Origin: Anaerolineae bacterium
GTDB lineage: Bacteria > Chloroflexota > Anaerolineae > B4-G1 > SLSP01
Assembly: GCA_034435555.1 (NCBI GenBank)
Contig: DAOTXC010000217.1
Span: 1 to 17,150 of the forward strand
Length of the DNA: 17,150 nt
Direction: 5' to 3'
Position numbers and translations under genes: made by a program. This document shows, one piece after another, positions 6,271-14,423 of this stretch (positions are counted from its first letter, which is position 1; each line of letters starts with the position of its first letter). The notes beneath the pieces are model-generated. The model did no database searches. It was not told where the DNA came from and was given only the letters and a program-made list of their open reading frames with translations.

Positions 6271-6915
6271 ATGTTAGGACAAAGCATAGAGGATTATCTG
6301 GGCGCCATTTTCCGCCTGCGCGAGGGGAAAAGCGCGCCGGTTCCGCTCTCCAGTTTGAGCGAGCACCTCGGCTTCTCCGCCGTCTCCATCCACGAGATGG
6401 TGCAGAAATTGGAAGGGCAACAGCTGGTCAACTATCAGCGTTACCGGGGCGTCATGCTCACCGCCGAGGGCGAGCGCCTGGCGCAGGCCGTCGTGCGCCG
6501 CCATCGCATCTGGGAGCGGTTCCTCACGGATATGCTCGATTTCCCCTGGGACGAGGCGCACATCCTGGCCGAGCGGCTGGAACATGCCGCGCCCCAGGAG
6601 GTCACCGACCGGCTCGCAGCGCTGCTCGGCAATCCAGAGGAATGCCCGCACGGGGGGCCGATCCCCCCGCAACCCAACACCCAGCGCGGACAGTTACTTT
6701 CCCAACTGCCGCCCGGCGCTATCGGCAGCGTCATCCGCATCCGCCCCGAATTGCCCGAACTGTTACAGGAATTGCACGCGCTCGGCATCGCCCCTCACGC
6801 CCAACTCCGCATCGTCGCGCAGATGCCCCAGGAGACGGTTGTCCAGCGCGACAGACAGGAGATTCGGCTCCCTGCTGCACTCGCAGGGACGCTATGGCTA
6901 CGTGTGGACGTGTGA
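6271..6915 (+). CDS. DtxR/MntR/IdeR-family metal-dependent transcriptional regulator with a C-terminal FeoA/SH3-like domain (214 aa)
   Basis: An N-terminal winged HTH (MLGQSIEDYLGAIFRL…SSLSEHLGFSAVSIHEMVQKLE), a metal-binding/dimerisation region (…RRHRIWERFLTDMLDFPWDEAHILAERLEHA…ECPHGG) and a C-terminal SH3-like domain. The track start 6196 lies inside the -10/operator. ATG 6271 with GGGGAGAG 8 nt upstream is preferred. Confidence 0.8.
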   Translation: MLGQSIEDYLGAIFRLREGKSAPVPLSSLSEHLGFSAVSIHEMVQKLEGQQLVNYQRYRGVMLTAEGERLAQAVVRRHRIWERFLTDMLDFPWDEAHILAERLEHAAPQEVTDRLAALLGNPEECPHGGPIPPQPNTQRGQLLSQLPPGAIGSVIRIRPELPELLQELHALGIAPHAQLRIVAQMPQETVVQRDRQEIRLPAALAGTLWLRVDV

Positions 6916-6957
6916 ACGTATGAATCTAACTCTTCTGCTGATTTTTAGGAGGTATCT

Positions 6958-7212
6958 ATGGTTCCACTTGTAGAATTGACCCCAGGACAGACCGGCGTCG
7001 TGCGCAATCTCTACGGCGGACGGCGTTTGATTGGCCGATTGGCCGCGCTGGGCTTCACCCCCGGCGCTCCCATCACCGTTGTGCGTAACCACGGCATGGG
7101 ACCGATTATCGTCTCGCTACGCGGCACGCAAGTCGCCCTGGGACGGGGCGAAGCGCGGCGCGTCATGGTGAGACTCGCGGAGCAACCTCATGACGATCTG
7201 TCCTGCGCATAA
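6958..7212 (+). CDS. feoA: Ferrous iron transport protein A
   Basis: 84 aa with a FeoA SH3-like fold (VPLVELTPGQTGVVRNL…GFTPGAPITVVRN…GPIIVSLRGTQVALGRGEARRVMV). TAGGAGG SD 7 nt upstream. Confidence 0.8.
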   Translation: MVPLVELTPGQTGVVRNLYGGRRLIGRLAALGFTPGAPITVVRNHGMGPIIVSLRGTQVALGRGEARRVMVRLAEQPHDDLSCA

Positions 7213-9211
7213 AGAGATCGCTCCGGCACAGCGCCGCAGCACCTCGGCCATCCATCCCGTCGTCGCGCTGGCGGGCCAGCCCAACGTGGGCAAATCCACC
7301 CTCTTCAACATGCTCACCGGGCTGAATCAACACGTCGGCAACTGGCCCGGCAAGACCGTGGAGCAGAAGAGCGGCACATTCACCTACGGCGATTGCACCT
7401 ACACCCTGGTTGACCTGCCGGGAGCCTACAGCCTCACCGCCAACTCCGAGGAGGAGCGCATCACCCGCGATTACATCATCCACGAGCGGCCCGACGTGGT
7501 CATCGCCGTGGTGGACGCCGCGATTTTGGAGCGCAGCCTCTACCTGCTGGCGGAATTGCTGCTGCTACCCGCGCCCGTGATCCTCGTCCTCAACATGATG
7601 GATGTGGCCGCACAGGAGGGCATCGTCATCGAGCCGCAAGTGCTGGAGGCCGCGCTGGGCATCCCTGTCGTGCCGATGGTCGCCGCCCGCAACCGGGGGC
7701 TACTGACATTGGCTGCCACCCTCGGGGCGCTGCTGCGCGAAGAGCGCGCCTACGAACCGCGCCGCCCCACCATCCTGCCCGGTCACGAAAGCGTGCTGGA
7801 GGAGATCATCACACACATCACCCCCCACACGCCCCACCCTTACCCACCCGATTGGGTCGCGCTGAAGTTGCTGGAGGGCGACGAGGAGGTGCAGGCAATG
7901 ATGCTGGACGCGCTCCCCGCGCCGCTATGGGAAGAAATTCACGCCCTCTTGCGAGAGCACGAGGACGCCATCCTCGACATCGCCGGCGCACGCTACGCCT
8001 GGATCGGGCGCATGATCCGCGCCGCTGTCGCCCGTCCCCGCGTGGGACAGATCGGCTTGACCGCGCGGCTCGACGCCGTGCTCACCCATCCCGTGTGGGG
8101 GACGGGCGTGCTGCTCATCGTGTTGGGCTTCGTCTTCTGGCTGACCTACGCCATCGGCACCCCGCTGATGGATGGAATAGCCGATCTGATAGAGCAAGGC
8201 GCGGGCCTGCTGCATGGCGCGCTCGGCGGCCTGCCCGCCTGGATGGCGGCCCTGCTCGCCGACGGCGTCGTCGGTGGGGCAGGCATGGTGCTGACCTTCC
8301 TTCCAATCCTCATCATCTTCTTCATCATCCTCGCGCTGCTGGAGGATACGGGCTACATGGCGCGCGTGGCCTACCTCACCGACCGCTTCATGCACATGAT
8401 GGGCCTGCACGGCAAGAGCTTCATTCCCCTGCTGTTGGGCTTCGGCTGCAACGTCCCCTCCATCTTGGGCACGCGCATCATCGAGACCAAGCGCGCCCGG
8501 CTGCTCACCATCCTCCTCGCGCCCCTGGTCCCCTGCGCGGCCCGGCTGACCGTCGTCGCCGTGCTCACGCCCCTCTTCTTCCCCCGCTACGTCGGCCTGG
8601 TGACATGGGGGCTGGTCGTGGGAAATATCCTGTTGCTGGCAATCATCGGCGTTTTGATGCACCGCTTCATCCTCAAGGGCGAACAGGTGGCCTTCATCAT
8701 GGAGCTGCCCCTCTATCACACCCCCAACCTGCGCACCATCGGCCTCTACGTCTGGCAGAACACGCTGGCCTTCATCAAAAAAGCCGGAACCATCATCCTG
8801 GGCGTCTCCATCATCATCTGGGCGCTCTCCTACTTCCCCGCTGGCGAGGTCGAACTGAGCTATCTTGCGCACTTGGGACGGACGTTGGAGCCGGTCGGCG
8901 CGTGGATGGGGCTGAGCTGGCAGATGATGCTGGCGCTCTTCACCAGCTTCATCGCCAAAGAGAATACCATCGCCACACTCAACATCCTCTACGGCGATCT
9001 GGAGGCTACCTTACCCGCGCTGCTCTCGATACCGGCGGCGCTGGCGCTGTTGGTGACGCAGATGCTCTTCATCCCCTGCGTGGCGACGGTGGCGACCATC
9101 AAGCAAGAGGTGGGCTGGAAATGGATGTTCATCAGCCTGCTCATCCTTCTGGCGCTCTCGCTGGGCGGGGGCGTCCTGGTCTACCAGCTGGGTAGTCTGG
9201 TGTTAGGATAA
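7190..9211 (+). CDS. feoB: Ferrous iron transporter B (N-terminal G-domain + polytopic membrane domain)
   Basis: G1 GQPNVGKSTLFN, G3 DLPG, G4 NMMD, then a long hydrophobic gate/membrane region. It overlaps the feoA 3' end by 23 nt. Confidence 0.9.
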   Translation: MTICPAHKEIAPAQRRSTSAIHPVVALAGQPNVGKSTLFNMLTGLNQHVGNWPGKTVEQKSGTFTYGDCTYTLVDLPGAYSLTANSEEERITRDYIIHERPDVVIAVVDAAILERSLYLLAELLLLPAPVILVLNMMDVAAQEGIVIEPQVLEAALGIPVVPMVAARNRGLLTLAATLGALLREERAYEPRRPTILPGHESVLEEIITHITPHTPHPYPPDWVALKLLEGDEEVQAMMLDALPAPLWEEIHALLREHEDAILDIAGARYAWIGRMIRAAVARPRVGQIGLTARLDAVLTHPVWGTGVLLIVLGFVFWLTYAIGTPLMDGIADLIEQGAGLLHGALGGLPAWMAALLADGVVGGAGMVLTFLPILIIFFIILALLEDTGYMARVAYLTDRFMHMMGLHGKSFIPLLLGFGCNVPSILGTRIIETKRARLLTILLAPLVPCAARLTVVAVLTPLFFPRYVGLVTWGLVVGNILLLAIIGVLMHRFILKGEQVAFIMELPLYHTPNLRTIGLYVWQNTLAFIKKAGTIILGVSIIIWALSYFPAGEVELSYLAHLGRTLEPVGAWMGLSWQMMLALFTSFIAKENTIATLNILYGDLEATLPALLSIPAALALLVTQMLFIPCVATVATIKQEVGWKWMFISLLILLALSLGGGVLVYQLGSLVLG

Positions 9212-9216
9212 AAGCG

Positions 9217-9480
9217 ATGTTGACACAGCTACTACAAGAAGTGGCGCGAACGAACCGCTTGCAGAGCGTAGAAGAGCTGGCGCGAATTTTGGATACCACC
9301 CCGGAGTTGGTGCGCATGATGATCACGCAGTTGGTGCAACAGGGCTACCTGGAAGAGGCCGCCCAGTGCATCACCGGCTGCGCCGAGTGCCCACTGAGCG
9401 TTACCTGCCCGGCGGAGGGCGGCGGGACGCGCCTCTGGTCGCTCACAGAAAAAGGGAAGGGCGCGCTCCCCCACGATTAG
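9217..9480 (+). CDS. feoC: FeoC-like small winged-helix protein with a C-terminal Cys cluster
   Basis: 87 aa with a winged-helix-like N-terminus (LLQEVARTNRLQSVEELARILDTTPELVRMMITQLVQQGYLEE) and CITGCAECPLSVTC. Its position is immediately after feoB. Confidence 0.5.
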   Translation: MLTQLLQEVARTNRLQSVEELARILDTTPELVRMMITQLVQQGYLEEAAQCITGCAECPLSVTCPAEGGGTRLWSLTEKGKGALPHD

Positions 9481-9503
9481 GGACCCGCACCCTTTGCTGC
9501 GAC

Positions 9504-9540
9504 GAAAAAGCCCCCGACATTAGTCGGGGGCTTGATGTGT
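9504..9540. terminator. Bidirectional intrinsic terminator between the convergent feoC and groEL: stem GCCCCCGAC/GTCGGGGGC, loop ATTA, T5 on the minus strand (groEL), U-rich UUGAUGUGUU on the plus strand.
   Basis: Inverted repeat 9510-9531. Plus 9501-9509 gacgaaaaa supplies the minus-strand U-run. Confidence 0.75.
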
Positions 9541-9560
9541 TACCGGTAAGCAGGTACGGT

Positions 9561-11213
9561 TTAGTACATCCCGCCCATGCCGCCCATACCGCCAGGGCTA
9601 CCAGCAGGGGCCGCAGGTTCAGGCTCGGGGATGTCGGTGATCAGGGCCTCGGTGCTGAGGACCATCGCCGCGACGGAAGCGGCGTTCAACAGCGCACCCT
9701 TCGTCACCTTCGCGGGGTCAATGATGCCGGCCTTGAGCATGTCCGTGAACTCGCCCGTGATGACATCATAGCCGATGAGCGTGCTCTTCTTTTCGAGCTG
9801 CGCGCGGCGCACGTCAGCGAGGATCACGGCGCCATCCTGGCCCGCGTTCTCGGCGATCTTGCGCATGGGCATCTCCAGCGCCTTGTACAAAATAGCGACG
9901 CCGGTCTGCTCATCAGCATACTCCATCTTGAAGCCCTCGAGCGCCTTGAGGACATTCAGCAAAGCCACGCCACCGCCAGGCACGATGCCCTCTTCAACAG
10001 CGGCGCGGGTTGCGCTGAGCGCATCCTCAACGCGGTGCTTCTTTTCCTTCAGCTCGGTCTCGGTCGCGGCACCCACGCGGATGATGGCAACGCCGCCGGC
10101 CAACTTGGCGAGCCGCTCCTGGAGCTTCTCGCGGTCGTAGTCGGAGGTCGAGCGGTCAATCTCGGCCTTGATCTGCTCGATGCGAGCGGTGATGTACGCA
10201 TCGTCGCCATGCCCACCGACGATGGTGGTCTCGTCCTTGGTGGAGATGATCTTGTCGGCGCGGCCCAGATCGTCGAGCGTGGCGCTATCGAGCTTGCGGC
10301 CCTCTTCCTCGGTGATCACGTGACCGCCGGTCAACGTAGCCAGGTCTTGCAGCATGGCCTTGCGGCGGTCGCCGAAGCCAGGGGCCTTGATCGCCAGGGC
10401 GGTGAGCAAACCGCGCAGTTTGTTGACGACCAACGTCGCCAGTGCCTCACCATCAATGTCCTCGGCGATGATGACCAGATTGCGGACGCCCTTCTGCACC
10501 AGCTTCTCCAAAATCGGGACCAAATCCTGCGCTGAGGAGATCTTCTTGTCGTGGATCAAAATGTAAGCGTCCTCGATCACGGCTTCCATATTCTCGGAAT
10601 CGGTCACGAAGTAGGGGCTGATATAACCCCGGTCGAATTGCATACCCTCAACGTACTCGGTCTCGAAGGCCAGGCCCTTGGACTCCTCAACGGTGATGAC
10701 GCCGTCCTTGCCGACCTTGTCCATCACCTCGGCGATGAGCTCGCCAATCGTGCGGTCCTGCGCGGAAATCGCAGCCACGTTGGCGATATCTTCCTTGGTG
10801 GCGACCTCAACCGCAGCCTCACCGATCGCCTCAGCGACCTTCTCGGCGGCGCTCAGGATACCGCGCTTGAGCAGCATCGGGTTGGCGCCGGCGGCCACGT
10901 TCTTCATCCCCTCTTCAATGAGGATGTGCGCCAACAGTGTGGCAGTCGTGGTGCCGTCACCGGCAATATCGTTGGTCTTGGTGGCGGCCTCTTTGAGCAG
11001 CTGCGCCCCCATATTCTCAAACGGATCGTCCAGCTCGATCTCCTTGGCCACAGTCACACCGTCGTGGGTGATAGTGGGCGAACCCCACTTCTTATCCAAC
11101 GCCACGTTGCGGCCCTTGGGGCCTAGCGTGGTAACAACGGCCTCGGCCAACACATCCATACCGCGCTTCAATGCGGAGCGCGCTTCACTACCAAAAAGCA
11201 ACTGCTTAGCCAT
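9561..11213 (-). CDS. groEL: Chaperonin GroEL (60 kDa)
   Basis: 550 aa: [11 protein letters not shown]…, [11 protein letters not shown], and a C-terminal [10 protein letters not shown] tail. Confidence 0.97.
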   Translation of the reverse strand: MAKQLLFGSEARSALKRGMDVLAEAVVTTLGPKGRNVALDKKWGSPTITHDGVTVAKEIELDDPFENMGAQLLKEAATKTNDIAGDGTTTATLLAHILIEEGMKNVAAGANPMLLKRGILSAAEKVAEAIGEAAVEVATKEDIANVAAISAQDRTIGELIAEVMDKVGKDGVITVEESKGLAFETEYVEGMQFDRGYISPYFVTDSENMEAVIEDAYILIHDKKISSAQDLVPILEKLVQKGVRNLVIIAEDIDGEALATLVVNKLRGLLTALAIKAPGFGDRRKAMLQDLATLTGGHVITEEEGRKLDSATLDDLGRADKIISTKDETTIVGGHGDDAYITARIEQIKAEIDRSTSDYDREKLQERLAKLAGGVAIIRVGAATETELKEKKHRVEDALSATRAAVEEGIVPGGGVALLNVLKALEGFKMEYADEQTGVAILYKALEMPMRKIAENAGQDGAVILADVRRAQLEKKSTLIGYDVITGEFTDMLKAGIIDPAKVTKGALLNAASVAAMVLSTEALITDIPEPEPAAPAGSPGGMGGMGGMY

Positions 11214-11263
11214 AGTATCTTCCTCCCTAAAATCAGGTAAGTTGTTATGCCGTAATTCGGGGC

Positions 11264-11569
11264 TTAGCCCTCAACGACGCCCAGAATGTCATCCACGCGG
11301 AGAATCAGCATTTCCTGACCATCGCGGGTCTTGAACGTGGTGCCTGCGTACTTCGCGTAAATCACCAGATCACCGACCTGGGGGCCGACCACATTCCCAT
11401 CCTCATCTTTGACCTCAACCTCGGGGCCGATAGCCAGCACCTGGCCCTGCTGCGGCTTCTCTTTAGCCGTATCAGGGAGCACCAGCTTGCCGCCAGCAAT
11501 GGTCATCTCTTCTTCCTCAACCGGGGAGACAATGACACGATCACCAAGGGGACGAATCTTGACACTCAT
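11264..11569 (-). CDS. groES: Co-chaperonin GroES (10 kDa)
   Basis: 101 aa: [48 protein letters not shown]…, followed by groEL after a 50-nt gap. Confidence 0.95.
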   Translation of the reverse strand: MSVKIRPLGDRVIVSPVEEEEMTIAGGKLVLPDTAKEKPQQGQVLAIGPEVEVKDEDGNVVGPQVGDLVIYAKYAGTTFKTRDGQEMLILRVDDILGVVEG

Positions 11570-11610
11570 TTGTTACCTCCATTAATTTGGTGTATTTCTT
11601 GAGTTTCTCT

Positions 11611-11637
11611 TTAGCACTCAAGAGAACAGAGTGCTAA
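11611..11637 (-). promoter_or_regulatory. CIRCE operator (HrcA site) #1 in the groES 5' leader: TTAGCACTC-N9-GAGTGCTAA, a perfect consensus.
   Basis: Exact match to the CIRCE consensus TTAGCACTC-N9-GAGTGCTAA. Confidence 0.9.
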
Positions 11638-11648
11638 CAACACCTCTA

Positions 11649-11700
11649 ATGTTAGCATATTTGGCGCGTTTGTCAAGCACTCTCAAGGGTAGAGTGCTAA
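11649..11700 (-). promoter_or_regulatory. groESL promoter (-35 TTGACA plus 11671-11676, 16-nt spacer, -10 TAACAT plus 11649-11654) overlapped by CIRCE #2 (AAGCACTC-N9-GAGTGCTAA, 11675-11700).
   Basis: Minus strand reads TTAGCACTCtacccttgaGAGTGCTTGACAaacgcgccaaatatgcTAACATtagagg…. Confidence 0.8.
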
Positions 11701-11746
11701 TTTCTAAGGAATTTCTAATATTTCCGCGTGAGGATTTACGGAGATA

Positions 11747-13066
11747 TTACGGGCCAGCAGCTAAAAAGGCGGCGATACGCTCCGCGACGACTTCGGGGGA
11801 TAAGGTCGCTGCATCAAGCCAGTGGATGGCAGGGTCTTGCAGGCTGAACCAGGCATACTGTCGCCGGATGAAGTCATGGGTGTCCAGCTGAATGCGTTCA
11901 ACCGCTTCGGCCAGGGACATCTCACCCGTGAGGTACGGGCGAAGTTGAATGTAGCCCAGGCCCGACATCGCCGGGAGCGTCCAATCATAACCGGCCTCGA
12001 GCAAGCCGCGCACCTCGTCGAGCAGGCCCGCAGCCACCATCGCCGTCACCCGCGCATCGGCGCGGGCGTAGAGCGCATCCCGCTCCAGCGTCAGCCCGAG
12101 CTGTAGCACGCGGTACGGCGGGGCGATGCGGCGGCGCTGCTCGGAGAAGGGCCGCCCACTCTTGAGCGTGACCTCCAACGCGCGGACAATCCGGCGCAGA
12201 TTATGGGGATGGATGAGATCAACGGCGGCGGGATCAAGCGCGAGCAATCGCGCCCAGAGCGCCTGCGGATCGCGCGCGGCGGCGGCCTCCAGCCTGGCGC
12301 GGAGTGCGGGGTCGGGCGGCACCTCCGGGACCTGCCACCCTTGCAAGAGCGCGCGCACGTACTGCCCCGTCCCGCCAACGAGAAGGGGAAGCCGCCCACG
12401 GGCGGCGATATCGCCAATAGCGGCCCGCGCCAGCCGCAAAAATCGCGCCAGACTCACCGTCTCGTCGGGATCGGACACGTCAATGAGATGATGCGGAAGC
12501 TGGGCGCGCTCCGCTGGGGTTGGCTTGGCGGTGCCGATGTCCATGCGGCGATAGAGCTGGCGCGAGTCGGCGGAAACCACCTCGGCCCCGAAGCGCGGGC
12601 CAACCGTCACCGCCAGCCCGGTCTTGCCCACCGCCGTCGGGCCGACGATGGCGACGAGGGGAATGCGAGAGGTATCCATCGAATGCAACTCCAAAGGATC
12701 GCCATCGAGATCGAGGTAAACAGTCAGCCGCTCCAGGCGCCCCCCGGCATCCAGCGCCACGGCGACGAAGCTCAAATGCCAGACCGAAGCAGGCGTCGTC
12801 ATCTGCTCGCCGAGGTAACGCAACGCCACCGCCTCCATCCGCGCCTGCTTCTGGGGCGTGAGCGATTGCTCTGGCGCGCCGTAACCGGCCCCGCGCCGGG
12901 TGCGCACCTCCACAAAGTACCACTCATCCCCGCGCCGCGCGATGATGTCCACCTCGCCTTCCGGGCAATGCCAGTTGCGCGCCACAACCTCGTAGCCCAG
13001 CCGCGCTAACGCTTGCGCGGCAAGCGTCTCCCCACGTTGCCCCAACCCCACTCTTGCACGTGTCAT
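11747..13066 (-). CDS. miaA: Fusion ORF: N-terminal YraN/UPF0102-family (restriction-endonuclease-fold) domain joined in frame to full-length tRNA dimethylallyltransferase MiaA
   Basis: Residues ~25-140 of the track ORF match YraN (GEVDIIARRGDEWYFVEVRTRRGAGYGAPEQSLTPQKQARMEAVALRYL…SFVAVAL). From residue ~154 they match MiaA (MDTSRIPLVAIVGPTAVGKTGLAVTVGPRFGAEVVSADSRQLYRRMDIGTAKPT…HHLIDV…). Track start 13138 is replaced by ATG 13066 (MTRARV…), which sits exactly 7 nt downstream of a TATCAT -10 and implies a leaderless mRNA. The internal ATG 12679 (MDTSR…) has an upstream GGAG. Confidence 0.8.
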   Translation of the reverse strand: MTRARVGLGQRGETLAAQALARLGYEVVARNWHCPEGEVDIIARRGDEWYFVEVRTRRGAGYGAPEQSLTPQKQARMEAVALRYLGEQMTTPASVWHLSFVAVALDAGGRLERLTVYLDLDGDPLELHSMDTSRIPLVAIVGPTAVGKTGLAVTVGPRFGAEVVSADSRQLYRRMDIGTAKPTPAERAQLPHHLIDVSDPDETVSLARFLRLARAAIGDIAARGRLPLLVGGTGQYVRALLQGWQVPEVPPDPALRARLEAAAARDPQALWARLLALDPAAVDLIHPHNLRRIVRALEVTLKSGRPFSEQRRRIAPPYRVLQLGLTLERDALYARADARVTAMVAAGLLDEVRGLLEAGYDWTLPAMSGLGYIQLRPYLTGEMSLAEAVERIQLDTHDFIRRQYAWFSLQDPAIHWLDAATLSPEVVAERIAAFLAAGP

Positions 13067-13073
13067 ACCGTGC

Positions 13074-13102
13074 ATGATAGCCGTCAAGGGAAAACTTGTC
13101 AA
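13074..13102 (-). promoter_or_regulatory. Promoter for yraN-miaA: -35 TTGACA (plus 13097-13102), 17-nt spacer, -10 TATCAT (plus 13074-13079). The ATG at 13066 sits at +1, giving a leaderless mRNA.
   Basis: Minus strand reads tTTGACAagttttcccttgacggcTATCATgcacggtATGACACGT. Confidence 0.55.
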
Positions 13103-13123
13103 ACTTGTTATTCCGACCGCGCC

Positions 13124-13151
13124 TTGACACCCCACCAATAGCGCCTAAAAT
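13124..13151 (+). promoter_or_regulatory. Divergent promoter for the alpha-oxoamine synthase gene: -35 TTGACA (13124-13129), 16-nt spacer, -10 TAAAAT (13146-13151).
   Basis: ccTTGACAccccaccaatagcgccTAAAATgaccc… then AAAGGAAAG SD and ATG 13188. Confidence 0.6.
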
Positions 13152-13187
13152 GACCCTACTTTTATACTTAGCGAAAGGAAAGCTATT

Positions 13188-14378
13188 ATGATTATGACCA
13201 GCATATTCGATAAGTGCATTGGCGGCTACGCACAAGCGCGCGACGCGCGCGAGGCGGGTCTCTATCCCTACTTTATCCCCCTCACCAACAACGAAGGCAC
13301 CGAATCCATCATTGGCGACCGCCACCTGCTGATGATCGGCTCGAACAACTATCTGGGACTCACGATGCATCCCAAGGTGCGCCAGGCCGCCATCGAGGCC
13401 ATCGAGACCTACGGCCCTAGCTGCACCGGCTCACGCTTCCTCAACGGAACGCTCGAGCTGCACCTGGAATTGGAGCGCCGCCTGGCCCAGTGGGTAGGAA
13501 AAGAGGCCGCGGTGGTCTTCAGCACCGGCTATCAGGTCAACGTGGGGACGATCTCCAGCCTGGTGGGACGCGGCGATTTTGTTATCACCGATAAGGAAGA
13601 TCACGCCAGCATTATTGACGGGTGCAAAATGGCGTTGGGGACGATGAAGCGCTATCCCCACAACGATATGGACGCTCTGGAGCGCGCGCTCGCGGGGCTG
13701 CCCGCCGAGGCCGGGAAGCTCGTGGTGGTGGATGGGGTCTTCAGCATGGGGGGCGACATCGCGCCGCTGCCCGACATCATCGAGGTCTGCCAGCGTTACC
13801 AGGCGGGGCTGATGGTTGATGACGCGCACTCCGTCGGCGTGTTGGGCGGCGGAAAGGGCACCGCGGCCCACTTCGGCGTGACCGAGCAGGTGGATCTGAT
13901 TATGGGGACCTTCAGCAAGTCGTTCGCCTCGCTGGGCGGCTTCATCGCCGGCAACGCCGAGGTCATCGAGTACGTACAACACACCGCCCGCTCCCTCATC
14001 TTCAGCGCCAGCATCCCGCCCGCGAACGCCGCCGCCGCACTCGCCGCGCTGGACGTGATGGAGGCCGAGCCGGAGCGCATCGCGCGCCTCAATGAAATCG
14101 GGGCTTTCATGCGCCAGCGCTACCGCGAATTGGGCTACAACATCGGCGTGAGCAAGACGCCCATTATCCCCATCATCATCGGCGATGACACGAAAACATT
14201 GCTGGCCTGGAAGGCGCTCTTCGAGGCGGGGGTCTACACCAACCCGGTGATCTCGCCGGCGGTTCCGCCCAACCTCTCGTTACTGCGTACCAGCTACATG
14301 GCGACGCATACTGACGAACAGCTCGAACGGGTGTTGCAAGTAATGGAAAAAATCGGCAAGGAACTGGAGATTATCTAG
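13188..14378 (+). CDS. PLP-dependent alpha-oxoamine synthase family (8-amino-7-oxononanoate synthase BioF / 2-amino-3-ketobutyrate CoA ligase Kbl / serine palmitoyltransferase-like)
   Basis: 396 aa with the class-II aminotransferase fold. The PLP-lysine motif is GTFSKSFASLGGFIAG, with DDAHSVG upstream. The subfamily cannot be assigned from sequence alone. Confidence 0.8.
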   Translation: MIMTSIFDKCIGGYAQARDAREAGLYPYFIPLTNNEGTESIIGDRHLLMIGSNNYLGLTMHPKVRQAAIEAIETYGPSCTGSRFLNGTLELHLELERRLAQWVGKEAAVVFSTGYQVNVGTISSLVGRGDFVITDKEDHASIIDGCKMALGTMKRYPHNDMDALERALAGLPAEAGKLVVVDGVFSMGGDIAPLPDIIEVCQRYQAGLMVDDAHSVGVLGGGKGTAAHFGVTEQVDLIMGTFSKSFASLGGFIAGNAEVIEYVQHTARSLIFSASIPPANAAAALAALDVMEAEPERIARLNEIGAFMRQRYRELGYNIGVSKTPIIPIIIGDDTKTLLAWKALFEAGVYTNPVISPAVPPNLSLLRTSYMATHTDEQLERVLQVMEKIGKELEII

Positions 14379-14395
14379 CCTGACCAGACCGCACC

Positions 14396-14423
14396 GCGCC
14401 CCCGAAATTCGGGGGCGCTTTTT
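14396..14423 (+). terminator. Intrinsic terminator: GCGCCCCCG-aaatt-CGGGGGCGC + TTTTT. The T-run overlaps the queG stop codon on the opposite strand.
   Basis: Perfect 9-bp GC stem at 14396-14418 and a T5 run at 14419-14423, 18 nt after the bioF-like stop. Confidence 0.85.

Noticed and set aside
421-6922. 10-mer GTGTGAACGT present both at 421-430 (CHAT-like gene leader) and 6910-6919 (overlapping the dtxR-like stop codon)
   Set aside because: One repeat of a 10-mer in 17 kb of biased-composition DNA has a non-negligible chance probability. The second copy is inside coding sequence with no palindromic partner. It is noted but not treated as a shared site.
6264-9211. Track ORFs 6264..6923(+), 6274..6672(-), 6441..6788(-), 6584..6973(+), 7163..7483(-), 7852..9195(+), 7925..8872(-), 8115..8568(-)
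   Set aside because: These are alternative-frame or antisense shadows of the dtxR-like and feoB genes, with R/P/G-rich products. feoB G-domain motifs and membrane helices identify the true frame.
9232-11334. Track ORFs 9232..9474(-), 9366..10535(+), 9577..10140(+), 10354..10566, 10551..11126(+), 10678..11334(+)
   Set aside because: Antisense or out-of-frame to feoC and groEL/groES, whose identities are unambiguous.
11631-13370. Track ORFs 11631..11891(+), 11761..11988, 11822..12106, 12091..12417, 12126..12491, 12203..13009, 12480..12923, 12520..12861, 12799..12987, 12924..13370
   Set aside because: All overlap the YraN-MiaA ORF in other frames or on the other strand. 12924..13370(-) would run through both divergent promoters.
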